A stretch of 64,000 nucleotides of DNA from Azolla caroliniana (Eukaryota > Plantae > Polypodiophyta), in NCBI GenBank assembly GCA_043228905.1, contig JBHGNT010000003.1:3038001-3102000 (forward strand), read 5' to 3'. The number at the start of each line of letters is the position of its first letter. The stretch's first letter is position 1. The notes beneath the pieces were generated by a model that saw nothing but the letters and a program-made list of their open reading frames with translations, was not told the DNA's origin and ran no database searches. This document shows positions 35,680 through 49,800 of the stretch, piece by piece. A program made the translations under genes and the position numbers.

Positions 35680-38068
35680 GACCCAATGTTTATGAGAGAG
35701 AGAGAGAGAGAGAGAGACCTAGTTTAAGCCTTAAGCATGAAAAGGTCGACCAAAAAGTCACAAACATGACCTTTACAAACTTTTAAATTGTTTTTTCCCT
35801 TTTCCCATAAGTGCGGTGAGATGGTTATAGCTTTTCCTCGTGCTTGCTTCTCTTGCACATAGAAGTGCATCCTTGTTGCTAATGCCTAATTTATTGTTGA
35901 TGATGAGTGTAGATGTGAGGTGTATGGTAGTTATTTAATATCCCCCCAATTTTATAGTGCATTCACTCTTTGGTGCACCATGTCAAACGTTGCTTGGTCC
36001 TAGTCCACGTACAAAAATCAATAATTTGGTGCCTAGAGTGGCCTTCACTAAGGCCAAAAGAGAGGCCCCAAATAGGACGATCATACTAATTGAAACATGA
36101 ATGTGTCAAAGGAGGGCAAGTGAAGAGAAGTCACAGTGTTGTCACGAGACAAATTGTCACTTGTATATTGGGATCAAGATATAATAAAGCAAACCCCTAG
36201 ACTCAAGAGGTATGATTGTAAACTATGCATGTACCTTACCATTATAAAGCACTAAGAATGGAATTAGGTTAAAATGTTGTTCAACTACAATCATTGGATA
36301 AAAAATATATAGAAGTGAGGGGCAATTCATAGAAGTAAAAATGCCAAGGGATCGAGGCTATAGTTTGGTTATCAAGCCAATTGGTTGGCCAATTATTTTT
36401 CTCTATTCTCTTAAGTTCATCGTGGGTAAGATGATACGACTAAAAATGGGTCATGAAATAGGCATAAAACTTGAGTTGTTGGTGTGGAGTAGTATATTTT
36501 TGTGACTAGAAGTGGCAACAATTGGCGAAGCATGACACACCAATGAACCCTAGAGATGATATAAGATAAGTTTAAGGTTTGGATAAATGAACCTCCATTA
36601 TAGGAATAACCTGACAAACGATTCCTATAGCTAATTTTAATGGGTTAAGGGTATGATAGTTGGGAAACTAGTTATCCTAGCAAATGGGATAAATCCCTAA
36701 GATCACATGTGGGAACATGTGGTGGCCCAGGAACCTTATGTGATGGGCTATTTAAAATGGATTGGCTACCCTCTTCATTAGGACATCTTAAGATGTTGTC
36801 AAGACTATTGGTGAGGGTAAGCTCTCTCCTTCGAATCCTTTATTCAACTAAAAAGGTATAACATATTTCTATGATTTGGAACACCAATGATATTTTACGT
36901 TTATCTTGTGTCCTTTGCTTGAGGATGGTCGGTCTAATTAACACTATTAATCCATTCTTCTTTCAAATCTCTTACTCTTTTTTTGCTCATTACAATTAGT
37001 TAAATTTGTAATAACCTCCAACAAAGACAACATAAAGTTCATGAAGCTAAACTAGGATTTGACATATTTGAAGAATGAGCTTTCCAACAAGTAGAGGCCA
37101 CATGAAACAAACTCTTGGGATGATGGTAATGCCAATGAGTTAGCACTTGGAGGGTGAATTCAATGTCACTTTATTTGAACAACTCCACATGCCCAAAGCC
37201 CAGGAAGTGTGTTTTATGGTTAAAGGTTAAGCACCTACACATATTGAGCTCATCGTCTAGGAGATGCTATGGTTGAACCCAACACCCTCATACGATGTTC
37301 TAGGGATAACTATATATCAGATACGGGTAGCCCATAATAATTGCACCAAAACACAACTAGGTCACCACAAAACCTCAAACAACAAACTTTGGTGATGCAT
37401 GAGAGACAAAAAACCTTCACCACATTCTACCCACAGCTATTGCACCACAAAGCAACTGGTTGCTTGGAAAACCCTTGAAAAACAAACTTTGTTCACTTCT
37501 TTGATCTTAATTCAAGAGCCATGACATTGGCTTCATTCTCTCAATAATAGTGAATAACACCAACATTCTCACAATGCTAGAAATTACTAGGAGTTAGTAT
37601 CATTAGTCATGATTATTGGTGGATGTGGGACAACCCTAAAATGGTCCTGTCTTACATTAATTGGCCAAGAATAAATGATGGGTTCATCCAAACAAGAGGA
37701 TGCTACTTGTTCATGAGGTCAGCAAACCAAGTGGTTACAATTGTTTGTTAAGAAAACATTTCATGGGGCTATTCAATTGCTAATGGACTTTGGAGAGGAA
37801 GAAATTTAGATGAAAAATGATAATATTGTGTTCAAGTTTACATCCAATCTCACATTTGTTTACTCTCTATCAGAAGGGTTCGTCATTGTATATAGTGTGA
37901 AAGTACGAAAGTGAGTAGTTGCAAAACCTAAGAACAGACATCAAAACAAGGAAGATAAGTCACTCAAAGGAGCCAACTCTAGATGAATTATCTTCAACAT
38001 TTAAAAGCAAGCATTTTGCCCACTAGAGTGTCATCAACCAACAAGGAAAGGGTCCCAAGTAAAGATTT

Positions 38069-41000
38069 TTCCCAAAAAAAAAAGAAAGATACTACATTAG
38101 TATTAGAAAACCGCCATAAGGCTAAACATACAAGCTATACCGATCCCCTATATTTTTCTAAAGTCTAACCATTGGCTTGAATAAACACTTTGGTGTTGAG
38201 TAGAACCACTCCACCTTACCAAAATACCGTCTATAAAATATACCTATGTCCCAAATGGCATGAAACTCCACCCGCCTAAGCTCCGCTTGATGCGTATTAC
38301 CTTTTATACCATCCAAAATCCCTCTAAGATTATGTACAATCTCTATCCAAATTCCGGAGATTATTTGAGCAGGTCTTTCAATCATATTTTGAAATACCTT
38401 CAAACATCGAGCCTTCCAAATATACCAAATTGTAATACTGCTTACCAATTGCCATATTTGAGGTTTATCAGTTTGTATTTGTGGATTCGGAGGGATCAAA
38501 ATTTTTTCCATCATACCATGCCTCACCATAATAGCATCCGCAACCTCCTCATGTTCATATTCCATCGGTTTATCATGTACCGCTGCCCATAATACTGCAC
38601 CCCATGTGTACACTGCTCTAGGATATATTGGAATTAAAAATTTTATAATTTGTTTCCATATATCCATAGCAAAACCACAACTCCACAAACAATGTTTAGC
38701 AGTCTCTATTACATCTGTACAAAAAGGACACATCTTGTCTACATTTCCTTTTCGCCACCCATTAACTGGTATAGCATTATGAACCAACAACCATCGAAAA
38801 CCAACAATTTTCCTACTCATCTTTATACCCCATAACCATTTCCAAAATTGTTTAAGATGTTGTGGAGAAAGTTCATTTCGTCTCCAAACAATATTTGCAG
38901 TTGGTTCTTTCCATGATCTAGCAGCTAATACTTTCCTACCAATCCTCACAGAATACTGAAAAAACGGCACATATTTGATGTTATCTTGCATCCCCACCTT
39001 CCAATACAGTTCTCAAGGATCCCAAGTTAGTGTAGATATTGATCTCCTTTCCAAAATCCAAATCCTCCACAAACAATTCACCTTTTGAGGATCCGGGTCT
39101 AATACCCAATTTGATCCATCATTTGCAATCACCCTCACTTCTTTATGTAAACAAAAACTAAACAAATCATGTTCCATAGATGTACAGATTAACCTACCAT
39201 CATCTTGTACATCAAAAGTCATGCATTCTTGTTCCCCAATATAGGCTTTCAGTCCAATTAAAACATCCAATGGAGTAAATAAACCCATCCACTTGTGTGT
39301 AGTATATCCAATTTGCATTTGAACATTAACAAGGGCATTCTGGATCGCAGAATACATTATCTTCCCACCCCTTATATTACTAATTAATAGCATTTGTTGA
39401 TCTATAGATTTAGACAAAAAAGTTATCCATGCACCTATAGACTGTGCTGGCCCACGATCTAATTCTGCCCATGCACATTTAGTACGCTTTCCCAACATTT
39501 GTCCTCTTAGGTCAGTCAACCATGAATTCCAAATCAGCGGTTGCCTACAGAATTCAGATTCTGTTTTTGGCAATGTCTTAACTAAATCACGAGAAATATC
39601 TTTCCATGCTTTAAGAACACATCGAGCAAATCTATCTTCCCAACTTGTAGCAATAGCCAATTTATTATGTTCCATAAAAGCCCATCTAGCACTAGGCGTC
39701 CAATCTCCACCCGTCTTGGGACAAAACCTTTGCAATTCATAAAACAACAATTGTTTCCAAGGTTCCGATCCTGGCAATAATCCTCGAATCACCAATTTTG
39801 CCATTAAAGCTTTCGATTGTTGTAATGGATCCACAATCCCTAATCCTCCTTGATCCAATGGCTTAACAATTGTGGACCAAGAGACTTTTGCCCTAGCATG
39901 GCTTCCATCATTACCAGACCACAAATAATTTCGAATCAATCTTTGCAATTGTCCCATACATGATCTCGAAAAACTCCAACATGACATAATATACCAGAGA
40001 CTAGACAACAAAACATGATTAACGACTATCACTCTACCCGCAAATGATAGTTTAGCTTTACTCCAAAACATAAGTTTTTTCCTAATTTTCAATAACAAAG
40101 AAGCAACCTGAATTTCTGAAGAAATATTCAACCCTACTTGACATCCCAAATATCTAACTGAAGTGCCCTCGGGAACCCATCTGAAATCTGGATGAGGACT
40201 CCATTGTGGAGTTGTGGAATCGGACGACACCCAAAAACCCACTGATTTATTCCAATTAATTGCTGCACCTGCAGCTATACAAAATGTTTGCATTGCTGTG
40301 TACATTTTCTGCAGATTATTATTGTGACAATCCAAATACAAACTTGTGTCATCAGCAAATTCTACATCAACCACATTTGTCCCATCAATGGGCATTGCTA
40401 TTCCTTTTAATCCAACATCTTCAGCAGTCAAAAACAAACTCATTGCTTCAGCAAAAAACAGAAATAAATATGGTGCAAGTGGACAGCCTTGTCTTACACT
40501 TCGGGAAATTTGAAACTCATCACCTTTAACCCCTCCAGCCAAAACAGAACTGCATGCTGAATTATACAAAGAAGACACTCCTATCACCCATTTCTCCGGA
40601 AAACCCAATCTTACAAGAGTACCCTGAAGGAATTCCCAATCAACACGATCATATGCTTTTTCAAAGTCAAGTAACAAAATCACTAAATTCTCTTTTTTCT
40701 TCCTAGCCAAGGCAATGGCTTCCCAAAAAAAGAACAAATTATCCAGTATACTTCTTTCCTGAATAAAACCTGTTTGGGTGATATGAATCAAATCATGCAA
40801 AAAAGGTTGCACTCTCAAAGCCAATGTTTTTGCAAAGACTTTATATATTGTATTTAACAAAGTTATTGGTCTCCATTTTCTAATATCATCTGATATACCT
40901 TCACCCTTAGGTATTAAATAAATCAAACCAACTGCCATACTACGAGGCATATACCCAGTGTCAAAAATTCTTTGATAAGCTTTTGTTAAATCTTCCCCAA

Positions 41001-43057
41001 TATATTCCCAATAATTGAGGAAAAAATGTGGAGTAATTCCATCCTCCCCTGGACAAGACATAAGACTTAAAGCTCTAAGTGCATTATGTATTTCCATAAT
41101 GTCAAAGGGCTTAACTAATGCAACCTTCATTTCATTTGTAACTTTTGGCTTAATTTGATCCCACACCCGTTTCCTACTTATGTGGACAGATTCTGTAGCC
41201 ACATCAGCAGTCAACAATTTAGCATAATACGTAGTAGCAATTTGTACAATTTCTGACTCATCTACTGTTAAGGAGCCATCTTCCCTCCTTAATTGTTTAA
41301 TTCCTATTGTCGACCATTTCGGTGCAACTTGGGAAAAAAACATCTTGTTTACTTTGTCACCTACTTGTGTCCATTTTGAAGCGGAAGCTTGATATTGAAA
41401 GTTTAAAATGTTGTCCTCAATCTTTCTTAATTCCCATTTCGCATTATGTAAAGCATTTGCTGTCCATTCACACAATGGATCCCTTTCTTGAAAATGTTGC
41501 AACGATGCCAAGGCACGATGCATACTATTAATTTTCTGTGTATATGTTTCCTTTTTTCCCTGTACCCAAGAGATTAAAAAACTACTAATATGAGATATTG
41601 CCAAGGTCACATTGTCTTCCACATTTCCAATTTGCAATAAAGTTTGTCTCCATATATACATAACTTGTTCAGTAATTATAGACTTTGTAAACAATTCTGG
41701 TGGAATTCTTATTCTCCCTTGCTGCTTATGTTTTTTCCCAACCTTAAGTTGTAATACAACTGGGGCATGATCGGAGAAAGTCGTACCTGGATAAATGCCA
41801 ACACTCCCTCCTATCTCCGCAAATAAATCATCAACATAAATCCTATCAATTCTTGACAGGTTTGCCCCGTTTACTCTTCTATCAGATCTAGAAAACCGTA
41901 ACGAATTATGTAGTTTTCCAAATGATGGTAAATGCCAAACATCCACCAACCTTCTACTTATAGTAAATCTTTCCCATGCAGATAATTCTAGACCATGCAC
42001 TGTTACTCCACCCTCACCACTCCTATCCTCAGGGTCCTCAATCATATTAAAGTCTCCTGCTATACACCAATGATCTACAGTTGGCAATGATCTATCCAAT
42101 TCAATCCACATCTTTAATCGTTCTCTAGAAGAATTAGGAGCATATAAATTCAAAACGCCAACCTTTTTATTATGAAATTCCATGATAACATATTGTGCTC
42201 TTCCCAAGAACAAATTTCCTACCTCCAACATCTTTACTTGCCATATATCCCGAATAGCCATACATAATCCACCTTTAAGTTGTGTTGATCCATATGCTGG
42301 AACCCACACCATTTCCCATTTTCCAGGCAATAATGAACCATAGACTTTAGTACGCCTTTCATTTAGGTGATGTTCTTGTAACATCACTATGTCCACTTGC
42401 CCAATTATACATTTATGTAGCTCTTGCCGAAATCTCCTTTTATATTGTTTACATAAAGATCCCCCAAGACCTTGAACATTCCAAGAAATAATCTTCATAT
42501 TTACACAAATTTAGATAATAATCTTCTTTCTTTCAAACATCGATTCCTATCTTCTTGAGACATGTCTTGAGACTTAATCATTCTTCTAAAAGAGATGTGA
42601 TCTTTACTAAATGCATTAGTCTGCTTATGTACTCTTTGAGAGGAAAACCTACTATCACTTCCTTGAAAATGTTCAACTAATGATTTCGTGAAAGTTCTCC
42701 AATCATTAGCATCCCTCATGAAAGGATTATGATCCTTTGACAAATTCTTGGACATGGATCTTGTCCACCTCCCTTCAAAAGAAGGCAAGAACCCAATGTC
42801 AACTATCTGATTTTTATTTTGTAATTCTCCTACAATCTCTTGTCCATCCATTGTTTCTGATGCACTGATCGGAACAATAGCATTCTCATCATATAAAACC
42901 ATTTCATGACTACATCCTTCATGATGTTCTTTATTATATACTTGAATGTCAAGTTTAGGATCATCTGGCCTTGATTGTATTCCATCCACAATCTCCTTGC
43001 CAGGACGCCTATTACTAGGTACATCCATATTTCCTACATCTTCAATCATTTGTGTTT
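38069..43057 (-). mobile_element. L1-clade LINE, 5'-truncated within ORF1, recent insertion
   Basis: Perfect 17-bp TSD GTCCCAAGTAAAGATTT at 38052-38068 and 43058-43074. ORF1 C-terminal part at 42501-43057; ORF2 at 38158-42498. Confidence 0.92.
38158..42498 (-). pseudogene. LINE ORF2 (APE endonuclease - reverse transcriptase - zf-RVT) with a single in-frame stop at 39013-39015
   Basis: Endonuclease motifs: ISWNVQG, LQEHH, NLYAPN, GDFN, SRIDRIY, SDHAPV. RT motifs: WRPITLLN, LDFEKAYDRV, RQGCPLAPYLF, FADD, YLG. After WDP* the frame continues into zf-RVT (CPFC...ETAKHCLWSC). Confidence 0.9.
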
Positions 43058-44430
43058 GTCCCAAGTAAAGATTTGATTACAAAGGGGAGAAGAAAACTAA
43101 ATGTTCAAGCAAAAAAGGCACAAAAGTGATTTTTATAGCTCACTTATAGAAAGGTTGTCCTGTTCAGGGTCACTATTAGGCTCAAAGCTCTTCCCCATTC
43201 TTTTGGTCTCACATATGGTCTTTAGTACCAATGTCAATGCCTTCATGGGGTGTGCTATGTATGGCATGTTTTTTACAATTGGGAATTGTGTCATACTTGG
43301 AACATGTGCACTTTCTTTGTCTTTGATGGTAGGCATGGAGTTAGAGCACATCTACAAAATTAGAATGGAGCATTGTAATTGGAACAAATGGAAATTCTTT
43401 CCTCAATGGATTGCTTTTATTTCCTATCGGTAATTCAACATGTTCCACTGCCTATGTAGTAGCATAGGCAACACCACTCTATTTTATATCATTGAAAGTT
43501 TTCAAAAGAAAAAAATAAGTACAAATTTCTAGCTTAAGACTTCTGCATGAGGAAGAAGACCCAAAAGGCACAAAAAGGACATGTATAGTCTTCCACATTG
43601 TTTTGGCCCTTTTTGCACTACTGTCACATGGGTTTAGATTCTAGCTTTTCCTATTATAACGTCTTCACTTGCACATAGACTTGACATCCTTAATGTCAAT
43701 GTTGATATCATTGTCATTGTCCTTGAGCAGTGCAGGATGTGAGGCATAAGTCCTTAACATCTAAACCTTAATATGAAATTATTGCTTTTATATGTTAATT
43801 AAGACATTATCTTAAAGATATGGGTTAAATTTGAAGGCATTATGTTTAGTATTATATATTTTTTGACCTTGATATCATTCCTAGACTTCATACATGGTCA
43901 CAATAATGGTTAATAGACATATATTTCTTTAAAAATAACTTTACGAAATCTTTTTGTTATCCAAAGGAGTTTGTAAATAAAGCATGGCCTTGTTAGAGGT
44001 AATGAAAACAATTCAAATACTAAATGTTCAGGAGAACACTTGTACAACAATACTAAGTTGGCCCTTACGACCTTGGAATCTCCTTATATAAGTACATATA
44101 GTTAACTAAGACCCTTCACCTATAAACAACTTTATTTATAAATTTTCTATGATCGTTAAAAATGATAAGTACAATGTCTTAGATTACAAGCCTTCACTAT
44201 GGCGGAATGTCATTTTGATAAGGTAATATAAACAATTTAGTATTTGGTATATTACTATAAATTGTGGTTTCATCCGTGTTTTTTTTCATCATATTACTAT
44301 TCGAATATTATCATAGGACATTTTGAACTAAACATATTTTAATGTTTTCAATTAAAGTGTCAATAACGAACCATTGAAATTAATTGAGTTTGTGTAGACA
44401 ATATTGTATCTAATGTTACATGACATTCCT

Positions 44431-44434
<4 letters not shown>

Positions 44435-44474
<40 letters not shown>
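44435..44474. repeat. (CT)n microsatellite
   Basis: About 20 CT units. Confidence 0.9.
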
Positions 44475-44480
<6 letters not shown>

Positions 44481-45294
44481 ATTCGACCAAGCCCAATCCT
44501 TGCACGAATTTCACTCACAAACACAATGTGCACTCTTGATTGCAACATGCATTGGTAAAGTTCTTGAACATCGAGAGTCTCTACTCACTTTCACATGTAT
44601 CTTGTGAAATGTGATGTTTTTGGTCTCACGGGTCATATTTGACCTCCGAAGACAATAATAGAATCTATCTCTAAGAGGTAGATGGCATGAGAGGAGTTTT
44701 CAGGAAGTCATCATCGCAATTGACTTCTTGAAGAAACAAAATATTTCAAGATAACAAAGTTTTGAATCGCAAATGAGTTGCCACCATCATAGCTCAAACA
44801 AAAAGAACTAAAACTCAAGAAGAAATACTAAGTGGATGGTGTACCAAGGTAGTCAAGCCATCACTCAAGAGTTTCAAGCTCCCAAGTTGTCTAACTCTTC
44901 AAAAACCACCACCACAATATGAGTTTCCTACCCATGCATTGCACTTTCCCAAGGGACCATATTTTGGCCTCTAATGACAATAAAAAAGGTGTTCACATGG
45001 CATCCAACCACCTTTATGTGACTTTTGTTTAGGTGTGTGAAGGTAAATTGGGTTTGACAGGTTGAGAATTTCATTGGATCCTGCATAACTCATTTGTAGT
45101 ATTTTCTCTATGCAGAAGCATTTACACACTTTTTATGCTTAGATGGCCTCCCCTAATGTTTTGCAATGAAGAAAATGGCATCAAAATTGATAGTATGCCC
45201 CTTCTTTTTTAAAGTCTACTATTGGTCACTTGTGAACCCAACTTAATAATCTCTAATATTCCATAATTGATTTCCTTGTGACTCCTAGTGCGTG

Positions 45295-45297
<3 letters not shown>

Positions 45298-45335
<38 letters not shown>

Positions 45336-45353
45336 TCGCGCGTGTGTGTGTGT
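45298..45353. repeat. (TG)n/(CG)n compound microsatellite
   Basis: A TG run interrupted by CGCGCTCGCGCG. Confidence 0.9.
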
Positions 45354-46892
45354 GGTTTCCAACTTATATTTAGGGGCATTTCAGGAAATTAAGCAAAAGC
45401 CAAGGGGGTTATTCTCTGGACTTTTTTTTTAAGAGGCAATCTTTTTAACATATATGCTTCATTAAAGTTTGTGTAGGAAGGTAGTTACAATAGTTTTCTA
45501 GTTACAATAATAAGAAACACACTATTTTGATATTTATGCATACCTTCAAAAAGATATGGACAGCTCTCATCCCCATCATGTGCAAGTTATACCCACCCAC
45601 ACACACACACACACACACCCCTCTCCCACTCTCTCAGTTATAATGAAGCCAAGCTTTTCTTCATGGTCTCCAATGTCCATATCCATAGCTATAAAAAGAA
45701 AGAGAAAAAATAAAATTTGTGTGTTTGTTTACTTCTAACACTTTTTGGGGTTTGGGGATGTTTTTAGTTTCTCACAATGTTGTAGGTTTTTTTCGTTGCA
45801 ATAACAAGGATTTTTAAAGTGATCATGACAAATCACTAACGTCTCGTTGTCATCGATGGTGACAAACAACATGAATGAATGAATTAACAGTGACTTTGTA
45901 CGTTACAATGACATTGAACTCACTAATGTCTCCTCATCCTTGTCATTGATGGTGATAGACAAAATGAACGACTGACCTTTTCGCATTCTCACTAACTTTC
46001 TGATTTGTTTATGGTCTAAAAAATGAGTGATTCATGAACCAACCAATAAAATACATGTACTCATCATCGATGTGATATATGAACAAAGTTGAGAGAGACT
46101 ACCAAAACTATGTGCTTCGTTGTTCAATGTGCTTTAGGTACTGTAAAGGAACAAACATAACAACAATTTAACTTCATGCAGATATTCTTATCTATAATTC
46201 TCCAACAAACTCATCCTAAGGAATGTCAAAAGTACTATACATATAACGTTTGCATGGAAGTAAAAATCTAAACCTCTCAAACAAATATTAGACATCACAT
46301 GAAATTGTAGCAGCTTTTGGGTTGTGCATCATCGTTATCAATCAATACATACAATCAGTTTAGGGCATCACCAAAAAAGAATCTGACAAACAAAAGAAAA
46401 AAGACTGTATGTATCTGAGAGATCATTGAAACAAATGGAACCAAATGAACAAAAAGACATTTTAAGCACATATCAGTACTAACAACACTCGAGAAAATAA
46501 CGAAAAATAATAATAATAACAATCTTTTATATCTTTCAGTAAAAACAGAGCAAATATCAAAGTTTGCTTACAACAATCTCTATGTATTGTTTTTGTTTTT
46601 AATTATGGGAAGACACAGGAAAGAATGGGTTTTTTATACTTGGAAGCATAGCCTTCAGCCTTCCACAAAATGTGTGAACTGATTTGACTGAGGGAACATT
46701 GCCTAGGGACTTGCTGGGGAAAGGTCAGAGGTTTGTAGCAGGCAAATCAATGCTTCCATTTTAAGGAATGGAAACCTATGTGAAGAAATCCTTCTTATCA
46801 GTTATATAAGGCCTATAAGACCGAACACACATCAATTTTGTTTTTTTGTTTTTGGGTCGTCTTTTGTTTTTGTTTTTGTTTTCTTTACTCAT

Positions 46893-49800
46893 TTAGTCGA
46901 TAGATTTCTCTCGCTTGAATTGAACAAATGTAGCAAATAGATCTTCATACTCTGGAAGGTTGGGATGAACATGCTGCTGCCGTAACTGATTTGGTTCCAA
47001 AATCTTCGAACCTTGAGGTAAAACCAAGGGAATCTGAGGTTCCATTGTCGAATGGTTTTGCAATGGCCTCATCCTATGAGATGGAATCGGTGGAGGAGGA
47101 CGATCTGGAGGTTTTGATGATTGGAAAGTATGGTGACCATTGTTACCTTGTGATGAATAGCCATTGTTACCTTGCAAGGAATGGTCTACGTTCTTTGCTT
47201 TATGCAAGAGTTGGAAAGAATTGGCATTGCTCTCTTCAAAGAAATTGCCATTGTTCTCTCCTTTAAGATGTGTATCATATGGTCTATTTGAAGCTAAATT
47301 GAGTGTCACATCTTTCTGATTCAAATGAGACTTGCCTCCACGGCTATGCCCATTCAAAGTCTCCATAGAGACCTTTCTCTGGCGTGAACCATGCCTAGAC
47401 TCTCTTTCATGTTCACCATCATAGTGTTGATTGGAAGCTACATTATGTTCCTCATCTTTTGGTATCCTTCGAATCTTACCCCCACGCCCATGCCTATTTG
47501 CATTCTCCATAGACATCTTCTCCTCGTGTAGCCTATTATACATCGACTCTTTTTGAAGATCGTCATCATAAGTAGGCTTCAGCATGTCTCTAGCTGCCGA
47601 GTGCTTCAATTCATGAGAACTAAGCTTATGTTCTTTTTCTAGATCATCATAAGCAGGTTTTGAAGTGTTTTTACTTGCCCCCTTCTGCAAGAAATGGTCA
47701 TGGTTATTTTCAGATTGTGGTGGTTTTCTTCTGTATCCCAAATCCTTGCCTTTCCCACCCTCCATAGAGAGATTCACCTCATTCAACCTATGGCTAGCTT
47801 CATCACGTTCATGCTTACCATCACAAGTAGGTTTCAGGGTGTTTCTGCTTGCATCTTTCCCCATGACATGGTAATGGTTCTCTTCATATTGTGGTATCTT
47901 ACATTTATATTCAAACTCCTTCGACACACCACCATCTATCCCATCTGTAAACATCTTATGAGGAGATGCATCTCTACGTGAATGCTTCTTCCGAGTACGC
48001 TTACTTTCTTTCCTCCTTTGGTGAGTTGACTGAATGAGCTCATCCTCCACGTATTGTTGCTCATTTGTAACCCCTTCTAGATTCGCTTCATATTCTTCAT
48101 AATGGTTCCCTTTTCTGATTTCCTCATGCGTGCTTTGCACAGAATGATGATTATTCTTTTTACTATGCCATGAACGAGTTTCATGAAATGCTTCTTGAAC
48201 CTGTACACTTGAATTTTTGTTTGGTGTTCCTTCTGTAGCCAATCTTTCATCAATAAAACCATGATTCCTGTCTGGTGAGGCATCAAATTGTGCTCCAACC
48301 TGATGCTTCTTCATCGATCTCTTCTTCCCCTTCTTGGACCAAGGAGACTCAAGCTGTTCTTCATCATAGAGTTCATGTATCTTACCTTGAACAGTTCCAT
48401 TCCTCTTTTGTGACCTTGATCTTCTGGTTGATTCATGGAGAGCTTCCATTTCAGCTTTATCGTGATCATGTATCTTTACAGAGTGCTTAGGCCATGCCTG
48501 TACATCCTCAACATCGTATTTAGATCTTTCAAGCTTTGGTTTACCTCGCTTCGAATGTAACTTTGAAGGCGAAAACTTCTGCAGGGCATTGAAATCTTCT
48601 GAGCCAATCTTCGAATTCACATATTCTTCCTTGTCATAATTTTTTTCTTTGGCCTCCCTTAGCTCAGGTATTCTGGCCTTTATTTGTTTACTGTCTACCT
48701 CTTCAATGTAAGGCTTTTCATGTAATGGCTCATGCAATCGTACAGATATTACTTGCCTAGAGATCTGATCTACCGTCGCAACATCCATTCCTTTTCTTTC
48801 TCTCGTGTTCCCAGCTAGCTGCACAGTCACATCAGTGTATGCATCAGACATAGCTTTAGAAGAAGATCTAATCTGCTTGTGATGAGATTTTCCTTCTTGC
48901 CAACACACGCCATGGGTATCCAAGCTCCCATAAGATAAATCTTGCCCATGAACAGACGCACTATTTTCTTCAGGAATAACCGATGAAGTTGCTTGTTTGG
49001 AAACCTTGGAAGAAAGCTCCACCTATACAGGCACACACAGGTAACATGGAAGCATAAACCTCCCATTAGTCATTCATGAAAGCTCTCCAGCAACAAAGGG
49101 TCGCATCAGTTTAGAAGCAAGATAGATAGATACTCACTTGTGGAGGATATTTTATGTGGAATTCTGCACATATTTCCTTCATCAACGCTTTCTTACAGTC
49201 TTCAGATGGTATTGTTTCATAGAACGCTTGCAGAAACTGCAAAGGGAACATGGAAAATAAGTTCTTTGAAGTACAACCAATGCCTATATATTAACACAAC
49301 CAGACTCGCATGTATGAATGTAGCTAAGGAATAGCTTGTGAATTATTTCTACCTGTTTACTGACAAGAGAACCTGCAGAGAATTCCTTCCCGTACTTGTT
49401 CGCCATGATCTCGCGGACATCTTTGAGCTCAGGCAAGTCTGAACAATGAGAGGCAGCAAAATACAAGCTCTCCAGAGCCTCTCTCAAATCCGTAGGGCAT
49501 TCCCTGCAATAATTCAAAGATCAAGACCAAGAGCAATCCATCACTGTATCTCAGAGTTCTGATAGGTCATTCTACTGGTAAAGCTATTGGATTCTCTTAT
49601 ATAAGGCTGGATTCAAATCCTCAACTTTGCACATTATTATATTGGAGATTGGTCTCTTTCTTGATAACCCAAGTACAAACCTTGCTATGGACTAGGCCTA
49701 TTCTCATAGATCACAATCAATCTCCTGTAGATCATTATCTATCGTAACATACAGTGGTAAGCTATTAAGCTATCCACACAAAGTATTGAGTGTTTGAATC

